Shown here one piece after another: positions 19,797 through 29,877 of a stretch of DNA of 64,000 bases. A program made the position numbers and the translations under genes. Each line of letters starts with the position of its first letter. Within the stretch, counting starts at the first letter, position 1. Under the pieces are notes generated by a model. It was given only the letters and a program-made list of their open reading frames with translations, searched no databases and was not told the origin of the DNA. Source of the stretch: a virus (taxonomy: Duplodnaviria > Caudoviricetes); IMG/VR virus record IMGVR_UViG_3300032232_001415, positions 64,001-128,000 of that record; one strand, 5' to 3'.

Positions 19797-22700
19797 TTAC
19801 ATGAATCTAATGGTTCCGCCACCCATCGCTCTCATTTTATCTGTTAAATTATTTAATTTACTATTAAATTCTTTTCTTCTTTTTATAGTTTCTTGATTAA
19901 GCTGTTTTATTCTTTCGGCATTCTCTTTATTAAATAGTCCTAATTTTCTTTGATATGTTCTAAAATTATATGTAGTCGTTATACCACCACCCTCAGCAAT
20001 TTGAACAACAATACTGCTAACAATAGGGCCATTAAATACAGCCCCATAATATTGTATCATATCACCAATTTGAAAATTATCAAATCCTGGTATTTGTACA
20101 GAACCAGCTTCTAATGTTTGCTGATAATTAACATCTTCTGTAATTTTTGTCATAACATAATCATCTAATGCATTCATACCTCCAAAATTCCATGGTACTA
20201 AATTCTCATCAACTTGTACCTTTACTCCTCCAATCAAATTCTCAACCTCTTGTTCTGCTATATTTTTTCCATAATCTGGGAAAATGTCAGTAGCTATTAA
20301 ACCAGGATGATTAATCCATGGTCCATAAACATGAGTATTTATTTGAAGTGGCAATGCACAAAATAGAGGAGTCGCTGCTTTTTGAGCAAAATTATTATCA
20401 TCATCATAACTACTCGGAGATGATGTTAAGGCAGCATCCATATGATTGGCTAATCCTAATACATATCCTCTAAAATTATATGGGTTATACATATGGGCTA
20501 ATCTTAATATGCTCCTTAATTTTAATCCATTATTTACTGTTTGTTCGCTAGTTCTTCCTGGTAATAGAGCTAATGGACTATTTACCACTTTTGACATTCC
20601 TTGAGGAATACTTACTCCTTTAAAAACTCTAGCAAAGCTATCCATAGCTATAACAGCAGAAAGATTATTATCTGTTGGATTAATATTTGAGCCTATATTA
20701 ACCTTGTCTGATACCTTTAATATTGCTCTAGGTTTTCCGTTATCCGCCATCAAAAAATGTATATCTTGATCCGCAGTTGCTTTCACATAAAATTTATATC
20801 GTCCTTGTGTGCCTGTGTTATCATCAGAATTTAGGGTTTGAGGCACTGTCACACCATAAGCGTCTGGTATGTTTAATTGTACACACGGATATTCTATCAG
20901 CTTACATTCTTCTGATGACAATTTATGGTTTATTGATAGATAAAAATTAGATTCATGATTTGCATTTTGTGATGGATCAGAAAGATCTGCACCTATTTGA
21001 GCCCACCAATTAGATTCACAAAATCTACTATCAGGGGTAGTCCAAGGATTGCCAACATAGACATTTTTGTATAATAATTTTTTAAAACGTTTTGAATGGT
21101 TTTTTTCTACAGAAGCGTTATATCCTAATAATGCTGGGGTTTTGCCGCTTTCATCAGCAAAATGAGACCAATTAAAACCCCCAACAACCATAGTATCGTC
21201 TATCCAATTTCCAGCTTCTTCCCAGGCTCCATCTGTTGATATTTCATAGTTTGTATAAACCTTTCCACTTCCTTCTATAGCATAAATATCGTTTCCATTC
21301 TCATCCTGTCCTAAAACGATAAATGATCCATCATTGTTTGTTGCTGTTTGATAATCTTTATACCATCCCATGTCTGGGATTTTAACCATAAATTGTTTAC
21401 CATAATATTGATTACCAATATCTTGAAAAAATCTATGAATATTTTTTAAATCATTATATAGTGCTTTTGTTTCAGGAGCGAATCCATCGAGATTAACTTG
21501 TAAAGGACGACCATTAGCGTCTCTTCTGCTTCCAATAGCAATTATATCTCCTAATGATCTAATATAATAATTATATGATCCTGTTTTACCAATACCGTAC
21601 TTTGTTCTGAAAGCTTTATATAAAACTTCTGATATGTCTGTGGTAAAAATTAAATTATTAGTATCAAAAACATAAGACATCCATTCTGAAAATCCTGTTA
21701 TGGCTGCTCTTATTTCATTTTCTAAAACTACGAAATAAGGAGAAGTGGATTCTGTATCAGTACCATCTCCTCTTCCATCTGCCCAAAAATTAGGATTAAA
21801 ATGTGCTGCCCATGATGGTCCCCAAACTCCACCAAACAATGAATCTATCCAACTTTCGTAAGGAGTAAATTTGTTTAATGGCAAACTACATAATTCTTGT
21901 ATGTCAGCTATTCCGAATAATATTTGCAACTGTCCCATATTTTTATCTAAAAATACAGGGCGTATAAGATTATTCCATCCTACTCCAAAGTATGGAGAGA
22001 TCTGATCTTCAAAAAGTGGCACATTAGCACCAATATTAAATGGGGCACTTCCTTCGAATAGTATTCCATTATTTGCTACATTTCCAGCGAGATAATAATT
22101 TCCTTTTTTAATAGCATTTGATGTGCCAGCAGTAGCAAAGTATGTTTGATTATTAAAATCATCAGAAGCACTAAAAACAGCTGCTCCATTTTTATACTTA
22201 AAAGTATAAGATCTGGTAGAATATAAGTTAGGTTGTCTTATCTGATTAGGAGTAGCAAAATTCAAAAAGGCAGATGAATCATAGCTTATAAAAGATCCTC
22301 CACCAAAGTTTGCAAAAGGATCATATATCATAGTATTTTGTTTATATGCTAATCTTGTATTTTTTATTTGTAATAATCTCTTTTGCTTTCCTCCTATATA
22401 CATGGTTCTGGTATTAGAGTCAGAATATTCTTTACCCTGATTTGCACTATTAACTCCGCATTGAGTTTTATAATAATTTACTAATGCTTGTATTTGATTT
22501 TTTTTGGGTTGTGTTCTTCTTGAAACAGTTCTAATTTTAATAATGCCACATATTCCATTCTGAAGCTGAGAGGTTGTTGGAAATAGAAAATCTACTATAA
22601 AATCAAACCCGGCACCATCACAAATTTCTGTAATAAAATCTAAAATACTAATATTTGGCCCTGGTATTCTCACCCATTTCGGTGGCCTCGGAACATCAGA

Positions 22701-23858
22701 AATATCAATTTTTAACAAACACCTTCTTTGACTATCATAAGCTATTGTATTGGGACATATACCCATATGAGTAAGATTTAACGATGCGCCCAAACTTCCT
22801 ACTGAAGCAGCAAGAGGATCAATATCCGAAGAAGTATCATTTTCTCTAATAGTTCTACAAACAATAGCCCCATAAGGAGAAAATGGACTAATACAATCTG
22901 GATTGCTATTAGAATTTGGTCCTAGCATATTAACTAATGTATCATAAATAAATTGCGCAGACATTCCATTTTCATTTACTCTTGCATTTCCATATATTTT
23001 ATTTTTATATCCTTGATATTCTAAATAACCATATATATTAAAAATGTTAGGAATATTGCCTTGTGTTATAGTTGCATTATATGGATAATAATGGAAAGTT
23101 GGAGGAGTTGTTGATCCATCCACATTGTATGCTATTGGTCCAGCTAAGTTTTTTGTAGTAGGATTATTATTAGTATTTGGCCAAATACCACATACTGTTC
23201 CAGCGTAATGATCTATTATTAATTCACACCCTTTTAATAAATTAGAAAAACTTTTTAATTCGACATCATATGTTAGTATTCCACCCTGTGATGAATTTTC
23301 TTTCCATGATGATACAATTCCTCCAAAGCTAAAGTCTTTAAATTTAAATCTTACAGGAGTTCCTATTATTTCATATCCTTTGCTATTGAAGGTATTCAAA
23401 GATCCTGTTGAAGGCAAAAATCCTATATCTGGTCCTTGCCAAAATGCGTAATTACCGTCAAAACCATAACATACTTTTCCATTATCTTTCCATTCTGGCG
23501 ACAGAGATATATTTTCAGTGTCTCTACCATCTTCTTGTGCTTTCATTGCAAAAATAAGAGATTTATGCAAAGCTTTTGTCGGATCTTCAGTTGTATAATT
23601 ACCATCATTTTGCTTATTGAATGCTGTTCCACCAGCAACGCTGTCTGGCTGTTGAGCCCAATTATTGATAGCATTATCAACAGTTCCAGCGAACGCTGAC
23701 TGAGGATGATAACATGGATCATGTGCTAATGTTATATTTAAACTACTTTGATCTCCTCCCCATCCAAGATTACAATTAAAATTAACAACACTGCATCCTA
23801 AAAATAATGTTTGATTATACGGTCCTGCTGTAGTAAGTGGAATATTACAATATGTCAT
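19797..23858 (-). CDS. putative tail-tip/hub protein (1353 aa)
   Basis: Position after the TMP and Dit-like genes, beta-rich composition, AAGGA RBS. The C-terminal 'VSSIVVQIAEGGGITTTYNF' plus coiled coil resembles tail hub proteins. Confidence 0.5.
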   Translation of the reverse strand: MTYCNIPLTTAGPYNQTLFLGCSVVNFNCNLGWGGDQSSLNITLAHDPCYHPQSAFAGTVDNAINNWAQQPDSVAGGTAFNKQNDGNYTTEDPTKALHKSLIFAMKAQEDGRDTENISLSPEWKDNGKVCYGFDGNYAFWQGPDIGFLPSTGSLNTFNSKGYEIIGTPVRFKFKDFSFGGIVSSWKENSSQGGILTYDVELKSFSNLLKGCELIIDHYAGTVCGIWPNTNNNPTTKNLAGPIAYNVDGSTTPPTFHYYPYNATITQGNIPNIFNIYGYLEYQGYKNKIYGNARVNENGMSAQFIYDTLVNMLGPNSNSNPDCISPFSPYGAIVCRTIRENDTSSDIDPLAASVGSLGASLNLTHMGICPNTIAYDSQRRCLLKIDISDVPRPPKWVRIPGPNISILDFITEICDGAGFDFIVDFLFPTTSQLQNGICGIIKIRTVSRRTQPKKNQIQALVNYYKTQCGVNSANQGKEYSDSNTRTMYIGGKQKRLLQIKNTRLAYKQNTMIYDPFANFGGGSFISYDSSAFLNFATPNQIRQPNLYSTRSYTFKYKNGAAVFSASDDFNNQTYFATAGTSNAIKKGNYYLAGNVANNGILFEGSAPFNIGANVPLFEDQISPYFGVGWNNLIRPVFLDKNMGQLQILFGIADIQELCSLPLNKFTPYESWIDSLFGGVWGPSWAAHFNPNFWADGRGDGTDTESTSPYFVVLENEIRAAITGFSEWMSYVFDTNNLIFTTDISEVLYKAFRTKYGIGKTGSYNYYIRSLGDIIAIGSRRDANGRPLQVNLDGFAPETKALYNDLKNIHRFFQDIGNQYYGKQFMVKIPDMGWYKDYQTATNNDGSFIVLGQDENGNDIYAIEGSGKVYTNYEISTDGAWEEAGNWIDDTMVVGGFNWSHFADESGKTPALLGYNASVEKNHSKRFKKLLYKNVYVGNPWTTPDSRFCESNWWAQIGADLSDPSQNANHESNFYLSINHKLSSEECKLIEYPCVQLNIPDAYGVTVPQTLNSDDNTGTQGRYKFYVKATADQDIHFLMADNGKPRAILKVSDKVNIGSNINPTDNNLSAVIAMDSFARVFKGVSIPQGMSKVVNSPLALLPGRTSEQTVNNGLKLRSILRLAHMYNPYNFRGYVLGLANHMDAALTSSPSSYDDDNNFAQKAATPLFCALPLQINTHVYGPWINHPGLIATDIFPDYGKNIAEQEVENLIGGVKVQVDENLVPWNFGGMNALDDYVMTKITEDVNYQQTLEAGSVQIPGFDNFQIGDMIQYYGAVFNGPIVSSIVVQIAEGGGITTTYNFRTYQRKLGLFNKENAERIKQLNQETIKRRKEFNSKLNNLTDKMRAMGGGTIRFM

Positions 23859-23889
23859 TTATTTTCCTTTTATATATTATATTAACTAA

Positions 23890-25455
23890 TTAATATAGAC
23901 CTAATGGAGATATTTGCTGTCCATCACATCTTGTCCATTGCCATGTTTTTTGTTTGACAAATCTTCCTTCGCTAATAAACCAATTTTCACTATTAGCCTT
24001 TACAAAAGCTTTACACGATCCTCCAGCTCCAAATATATATGATGGATTAAGAGATTCAACAATTCCGGTTATAGCTTGATATGCTGTTCTTGGAAATTTT
24101 AGCCCACTTAAACTTGATGGTTTTGGCATAACAACCTCGAAAGTTACATCTCTATTTGAAGTTGTCCATGTTCCTAAATCTTGTAAAATTGGACCAAGTC
24201 TTCTTCCAAGAATAAATATTTCTGCAATTTGTTGAGTAGGAAAACTATCATTAACACTTAAAGTTTCACTTATTGATCCACTAATTAAATTTAATGGACG
24301 ATTATTATAAGTCCAACTATAAGTAACGGTACCTTCTGTTGGATTAAAGCCTTCTGTTATTCCATATGGTACTGGATTCAATGGAGATTCATTTCTACCA
24401 AAGAACCTTCTCATTATACCACTAGCATCGTTAGGATTATCTATAAAAGATCTTGCACGATCAAACATAACATTTTTAATACCAGAATATCCACTAATAG
24501 CATTTTTAAATTTACTTTCTAAAGCTATTCTTCCAGGATTAGCCATTAATGAACCACTTGCAGAAGTCCCTATGTTTGTACTATTATATATTAATCCAGT
24601 ATTAAATGGCTCTAAACCTTTTACAGTGCCTTGTATGGTTATTGTTTTTTGAAAACTATTATCATAAGCAGTATCAATACTAAAACTTTCAGCATATCCA
24701 GAAACGGCTCCGCTGGGAGTTGCTAGCCATGTATCTGTTATTCTATATGATCCATCTTTATCATTTACAGAAGTTGATCTTATAAAATTATATAACTGTA
24801 GACCAGATAACATTCCTGTTATTGAAATTCCACTAGCTATTTGGTATTTAACCCAATCTTTAGCATTTTCTATTGATGATTTACCACTTGGAATATATTT
24901 ACCAACCGCACCCAAAACTCTAGTTACTCTATAATGAGGATATCCTGTACCATTATTAAATTGTAAGTTTGGAGTTAATGAAGCTATTGGACTATTAACA
25001 TATGATGCATCTTCTAATGTTTCCATACTCCATTCGTCTTGAACACTAGAGACATAATATATTCCACTACCAGTAACTGCTATATTTATTTCTAACTCAA
25101 TAGTATATCCAATAGTATTAAGCCATCTATCGTTAGTTTTATCTGCTGAATATCTTAAAATTTTTGCTATACCAGTTACTAATGGAGTAGTTCCTCCACC
25201 AACACCAGTACAACCCAATTCAAAATTTTTGCCATCCACAAAGTTTTGTCTTAATCCGCTCTCAGCTTGTAAAAGTAATTGAAATCCTCTTTCTCCACTA
25301 GAATAATATATCTGACCTTCTAATCCTATGATTAATTTTTCAGCAATTTGTTTTCCAGCACCGTCTCTCTCATATTCTCTAGAAATAGAAACCTGAGGAA
25401 CCGGATATCCGCTTACAGCAGCAAATTGAAAACTTCCATATTTAATATATGACAT
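23890..25455 (-). CDS. putative distal tail / tail structural protein
   Basis: Beta-rich repeats (TI(T/S)I.G, GT(V/I)TYS.TY); AGGA RBS; synteny. Confidence 0.45.
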   Translation of the reverse strand: MSYIKYGSFQFAAVSGYPVPQVSISREYERDGAGKQIAEKLIIGLEGQIYYSSGERGFQLLLQAESGLRQNFVDGKNFELGCTGVGGGTTPLVTGIAKILRYSADKTNDRWLNTIGYTIELEINIAVTGSGIYYVSSVQDEWSMETLEDASYVNSPIASLTPNLQFNNGTGYPHYRVTRVLGAVGKYIPSGKSSIENAKDWVKYQIASGISITGMLSGLQLYNFIRSTSVNDKDGSYRITDTWLATPSGAVSGYAESFSIDTAYDNSFQKTITIQGTVKGLEPFNTGLIYNSTNIGTSASGSLMANPGRIALESKFKNAISGYSGIKNVMFDRARSFIDNPNDASGIMRRFFGRNESPLNPVPYGITEGFNPTEGTVTYSWTYNNRPLNLISGSISETLSVNDSFPTQQIAEIFILGRRLGPILQDLGTWTTSNRDVTFEVVMPKPSSLSGLKFPRTAYQAITGIVESLNPSYIFGAGGSCKAFVKANSENWFISEGRFVKQKTWQWTRCDGQQISPLGLY

Positions 25456-25479
25456 ATTATTTCCTAATATATATTCCTA

Positions 25480-28400
25480 TTAAGGATTAGTATTTGGATC
25501 TACATTTGCAAACCAATTTAATTGATTAACTTGAGCCGTTGCACTCCATAACATAGTACCAGTACCAGAAACCTGAATATCAATAGCATGAGTATTGCTG
25601 CCATCATATCCTGTAGGCACAATTCTAACTCCAATAGCTTCGCTACCATTACTTAGTTTTGGACTATTAGCTGGTAAAAATCCTGTAATAAAAGGGGTAC
25701 CAACATTATATACTGTACCACCAGCACTCATAATTGTTCCTTCGCAAATAAAACCTCCAGCATTCCAATTTCCTCCATCACCATATCTCACACAAGATAT
25801 CATAATTTTATAGGTATATGCTCCAATAAATCCACCATTATTAGAATTAGTTAGATCAGTATTTCTGAAACAAATAGTATTAGTAGGACTTGGACCAGAG
25901 TCAAAATTAGTTTGCCAATCTGTTGTTAATGATTTAAGACTCGTATTTATTGTTCTGGTTCTTAAGTAATATTGGGCATATTGAGATAGTCCTTGAACAC
26001 CAGGAACATAGGTATTTGTTGGATTGGGTCTTAAGAAAGATCCTGCAGAAAAAGCGTGCATATGTTTGGTAAGATTCAACTTGGATTGATATCCAAAATT
26101 TATGCCAACGGGGGCATCAAGACTTGTGGTGGACAATCCGCTTCCATGCAATTGAAGTTGTTCTGATATGTTCCATGATCCAGCATTTGTGAAGGCAATC
26201 ACCTTGCCTCTGTCTGATATTGCACTTAGTGTTGTTCCATTACTTCTGAAAGTGCTAAGAGAAACAGTATAACTTCCAACATCTTCTGTGACTCTAATTG
26301 GATATGTTCCAGCAAAATTAGCTGTAACAGTAGCGGCTGTAGCCTCAACTAGACCATTTGCTCCAATTCTAAGATAATTACCACTAGTTAAAGTACTTGG
26401 CAGTCTTAAAGATCTAGTATACGTACTTCCATTAACATATAGTGCAGCCGGTGTTTCTATTGTATAATCATTATAACTAGTATTAATTAATACGCTACCA
26501 CTTGGAAGAACATGAAAAGCACGATTACTATTTCCCTGGTATGTTCCAACACCAGATTGATATATGCTAAATTTATTACTATATCCTTTTTTATTAAATA
26601 CAGTATCAACAACTCCTGTTGAACTTAATACAATATTATATAAGCCTTGAACATCAAAATCTGTAGATGAATCATCTTGTGTTGATACTATATTACTATT
26701 AGTTCCTATAGTTAATAAATTATAGTTATTATTAAATCTTAATTTACTATTACCACTTAATGATGCACTGTTATTATTAAAAGCTATAGAGTTAGGACCA
26801 ATTTGCCTATTAATAAATTGTCCATTATTATCTATTGATAAAATACCACCAGTTAATGATACCGGGCCTCTCAATGATTCTGTAATATTAAATCCTTCTG
26901 TGGTTCCACTATATGAAACTATATTATAGAAATTGACTTTTTCATTTTCTGGAGTAACATCAGCATGCATCACTCTTATCGCTTGTGCTCCTCCTGATCC
27001 CCAAATAGTAAAGGGCATTGTGGCAGCATCTGTTCCTTTTGAAGCATTTATTGTAAAACCAAAATCATTATCTGTAGGATCTTGTATAATAAAAATATTA
27101 TCATATAAATTAAGTCCATCATTATTTGGCATATATTTAATAGAGTTTATGCCACTACCAGCTTTATTATTAATTTTTACTAGTATTCCATTATTTGTGC
27201 CAGATAATTTAACAGGCAGCTGCCATGTGCCTTCTCCGTCAGATCCTGCTGTTAATACATGGTCAGCAGTTGTTGATGATCCGAGTCTTATGCGAGATGT
27301 TGTTGTTAATCCATTAATATCTAGTGTTGAATCTGGTGATGTTTTATTAATTCCGACTCTACTATTTGTTAGATCATGATGCTCCATAATATTACCAGCA
27401 GTATTCATAACAAATAATGCTGTTTGAGCAGTGCCGCTGTTAATAACCACCTTAGTATTATCTATAACTAATTTGTGTAGATTAGATGGTCCTATAACAA
27501 CAGAATAGTCATTGTTATTGGGTATAGAGATATTATTTCCAATAATTACCGATCCTATACCAGATGATATATTATTATTTCCAATAATAATTCCACTATT
27601 ATATAATACAGAATTAGAATTACCCAAAGCAATATTGTCTAATCCATAAATTTTACTATCTCTACTAATAGGATATATAACCCCACTATATACATTATTA
27701 CCTAGAATATTATCATCAAAAGTACTGTTAATAGCTAATGGTTTTCCTGATGGTATAGATCCAAAAGTAACATCTGATAGATCTAATAGGGTATAATCTC
27801 CATCATTAGAGTATTCTTGAACATTAGTTATTGTGGTAATAAATGTGGCATTTTTATTTGTTGGACTTCTTAATTGTACTAAAGCCGTATCGCTAACAAT
27901 ATAATTTAGATTATGAGAATTAACTCTTATTCTGCTTTGAGCCAAGTCTGGTACTGTGAAATTATTAATCTTCGATCCTAGTTTATTATTTCGCCCAAAT
28001 ACTAAACCAGATTGTCCATATACGCTATTAGAATTACCAACAACTATTCCATTGATAACATAAGAATTATTTCCAACAACAATAGATCCGCTACCAAAAA
28101 TTTCTGATGATTGAGAAGAATTATTTATACCTATAGAATTTGTTCCTAAAACAACTGTTTTTTGACCAATGGCGACAGAATTATCAGATTCTATATAGTT
28201 AGAATTTCCAAGTACTGAAGATTTATCAGTATTAATAATTTTATTATAAGAACCAACAACATTAATATTAGAACCAGAAATAGTATTCTTGTTTCCAATA
28301 AACAAATTAGAATTACTATATTTTGATAAATTATTGGTACCAATAGATATAGTATTTGTATTTATAGCATCATATGCTACAGGATTTCCAACAGCACTAC

Positions 28401-29844
28401 CATAAGAGTCTATATAAACTCCTGTTTGATTATTTAGTGCGCCTATAATAACATTATTATTACTAGCATTTATTAATGAATTTCCGCTGCCCAATATGAT
28501 ATTATTATTAAGAGTTCCACTAGCATTATTAGAATTGCCAATAATTAATAATATAGAACCATCCTGAGTTTTATTATTTTGTCCTATTAATAAAAGATCA
28601 GTTAATGATCCATTACTAAGTTCATTCCTGGCTCCTAATATAACTGTATTATCTAATCCATCCGATGTGGCATTATCAAACCCGATTAATATAACATTAG
28701 AAGTATCTGCTAAACTAATATCATTACTAATTAAAACTCCATTAGAAATATTATTAATATCATTCATTGATCCTATAGATATTAGACTATTTCCACTAGC
28801 ATTTACAAAATTACCATATATTAAATTTTCATTCCCTGATGATGTAACACTAGAACCAAAAACTGCATTATTATGTCCTTTTAAATTAGTATTATTTCCT
28901 ATATGTATATTATGATTACCAGAACTATCAGAATTAGATCCTATGAATATGCCGGATAATCCTCTGATAGTACTATTTTTAGAAAGTCCAAAAGAATCTG
29001 ATGTACTTAGAGTGGTATTGTCTATTAGAAAAATATTATTGATACCAGTAACATAGGAATTAGTTCCATATAATAAATTATTATTTCCAGTTACAGCATT
29101 TGAGAAACCTATAACTGCTAATCCACTACCATTTAATAAAGAATCATTAGAAATTGAGATTATTTTTGGTCCAGTTAATCTATTATTATTACCAACAGAA
29201 ATACTATTATTTATAGATACTCCAGTATTATTAGATCCTACTAGAGAAAATAATACTCCGGTAGCAGTATTTTTTTGACCAACTATAGAGTATTGAACGC
29301 TTCCTGATGATTTATTATCTCCTCCTAAAATAATATTAGATAGATTACCAACAAATATTTCTTTGCTTATTCCAGTATTATCAACCAAGAATTGAATTTC
29401 TCCACTAGTTTGTCCACCTTTCCAGTCTAAAATTCTTGATCTAATTTGAGCATAAGGTATTTCTCTATAACTATTGTCTCTTCCAGCAAGAGTTATAATT
29501 GCCGGATAACTTCCTGATACTGGAGTTGTTTGTGGATTATGAACTAATAATAAAGTAACTCCTGTTGGACAATTAGTTATACTTTCCACAATCATACCAT
29601 CTTTTGCACAGGGGGCGACAACATGAAGAACAGCGTCTGGAACACCTGTTCCTATTCCTAATCTACCATAAGCGGAATCAAAGTATACTTGGGCGCGATT
29701 TCCTGTTCCATAAATACCAAATGAGCCGCTAAGTGAAATTTCTCCACCAGATAATGGATTAATAATATTAGTTCTAATTCCACTATTAAAAGTTATGATT
29801 CCACTAATAGTTTGATCACCACTTGTATAAACGATATCAGGCAT
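25480..29844 (-). CDS. tail fibre / beta-helical adhesin-like virion protein
   Basis: Dozens of (I/V)(I/V)GNxN repeats (beta-roll/YadA-head-like), plus 'GRLGIGTGVP' and 'RVGINKTSP' fibre motifs. GAGG RBS. Confidence 0.75.
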   Translation of the reverse strand: MPDIVYTSGDQTISGIITFNSGIRTNIINPLSGGEISLSGSFGIYGTGNRAQVYFDSAYGRLGIGTGVPDAVLHVVAPCAKDGMIVESITNCPTGVTLLLVHNPQTTPVSGSYPAIITLAGRDNSYREIPYAQIRSRILDWKGGQTSGEIQFLVDNTGISKEIFVGNLSNIILGGDNKSSGSVQYSIVGQKNTATGVLFSLVGSNNTGVSINNSISVGNNNRLTGPKIISISNDSLLNGSGLAVIGFSNAVTGNNNLLYGTNSYVTGINNIFLIDNTTLSTSDSFGLSKNSTIRGLSGIFIGSNSDSSGNHNIHIGNNTNLKGHNNAVFGSSVTSSGNENLIYGNFVNASGNSLISIGSMNDINNISNGVLISNDISLADTSNVILIGFDNATSDGLDNTVILGARNELSNGSLTDLLLIGQNNKTQDGSILLIIGNSNNASGTLNNNIILGSGNSLINASNNNVIIGALNNQTGVYIDSYGSAVGNPVAYDAINTNTISIGTNNLSKYSNSNLFIGNKNTISGSNINVVGSYNKIINTDKSSVLGNSNYIESDNSVAIGQKTVVLGTNSIGINNSSQSSEIFGSGSIVVGNNSYVINGIVVGNSNSVYGQSGLVFGRNNKLGSKINNFTVPDLAQSRIRVNSHNLNYIVSDTALVQLRSPTNKNATFITTITNVQEYSNDGDYTLLDLSDVTFGSIPSGKPLAINSTFDDNILGNNVYSGVIYPISRDSKIYGLDNIALGNSNSVLYNSGIIIGNNNISSGIGSVIIGNNISIPNNNDYSVVIGPSNLHKLVIDNTKVVINSGTAQTALFVMNTAGNIMEHHDLTNSRVGINKTSPDSTLDINGLTTTSRIRLGSSTTADHVLTAGSDGEGTWQLPVKLSGTNNGILVKINNKAGSGINSIKYMPNNDGLNLYDNIFIIQDPTDNDFGFTINASKGTDAATMPFTIWGSGGAQAIRVMHADVTPENEKVNFYNIVSYSGTTEGFNITESLRGPVSLTGGILSIDNNGQFINRQIGPNSIAFNNNSASLSGNSKLRFNNNYNLLTIGTNSNIVSTQDDSSTDFDVQGLYNIVLSSTGVVDTVFNKKGYSNKFSIYQSGVGTYQGNSNRAFHVLPSGSVLINTSYNDYTIETPAALYVNGSTYTRSLRLPSTLTSGNYLRIGANGLVEATAATVTANFAGTYPIRVTEDVGSYTVSLSTFRSNGTTLSAISDRGKVIAFTNAGSWNISEQLQLHGSGLSTTSLDAPVGINFGYQSKLNLTKHMHAFSAGSFLRPNPTNTYVPGVQGLSQYAQYYLRTRTINTSLKSLTTDWQTNFDSGPSPTNTICFRNTDLTNSNNGGFIGAYTYKIMISCVRYGDGGNWNAGGFICEGTIMSAGGTVYNVGTPFITGFLPANSPKLSNGSEAIGVRIVPTGYDGSNTHAIDIQVSGTGTMLWSATAQVNQLNWFANVDPNTNP

Positions 29845-29877
29845 TATTAACCTCTTTTATAAAAAAATGTATATTAT

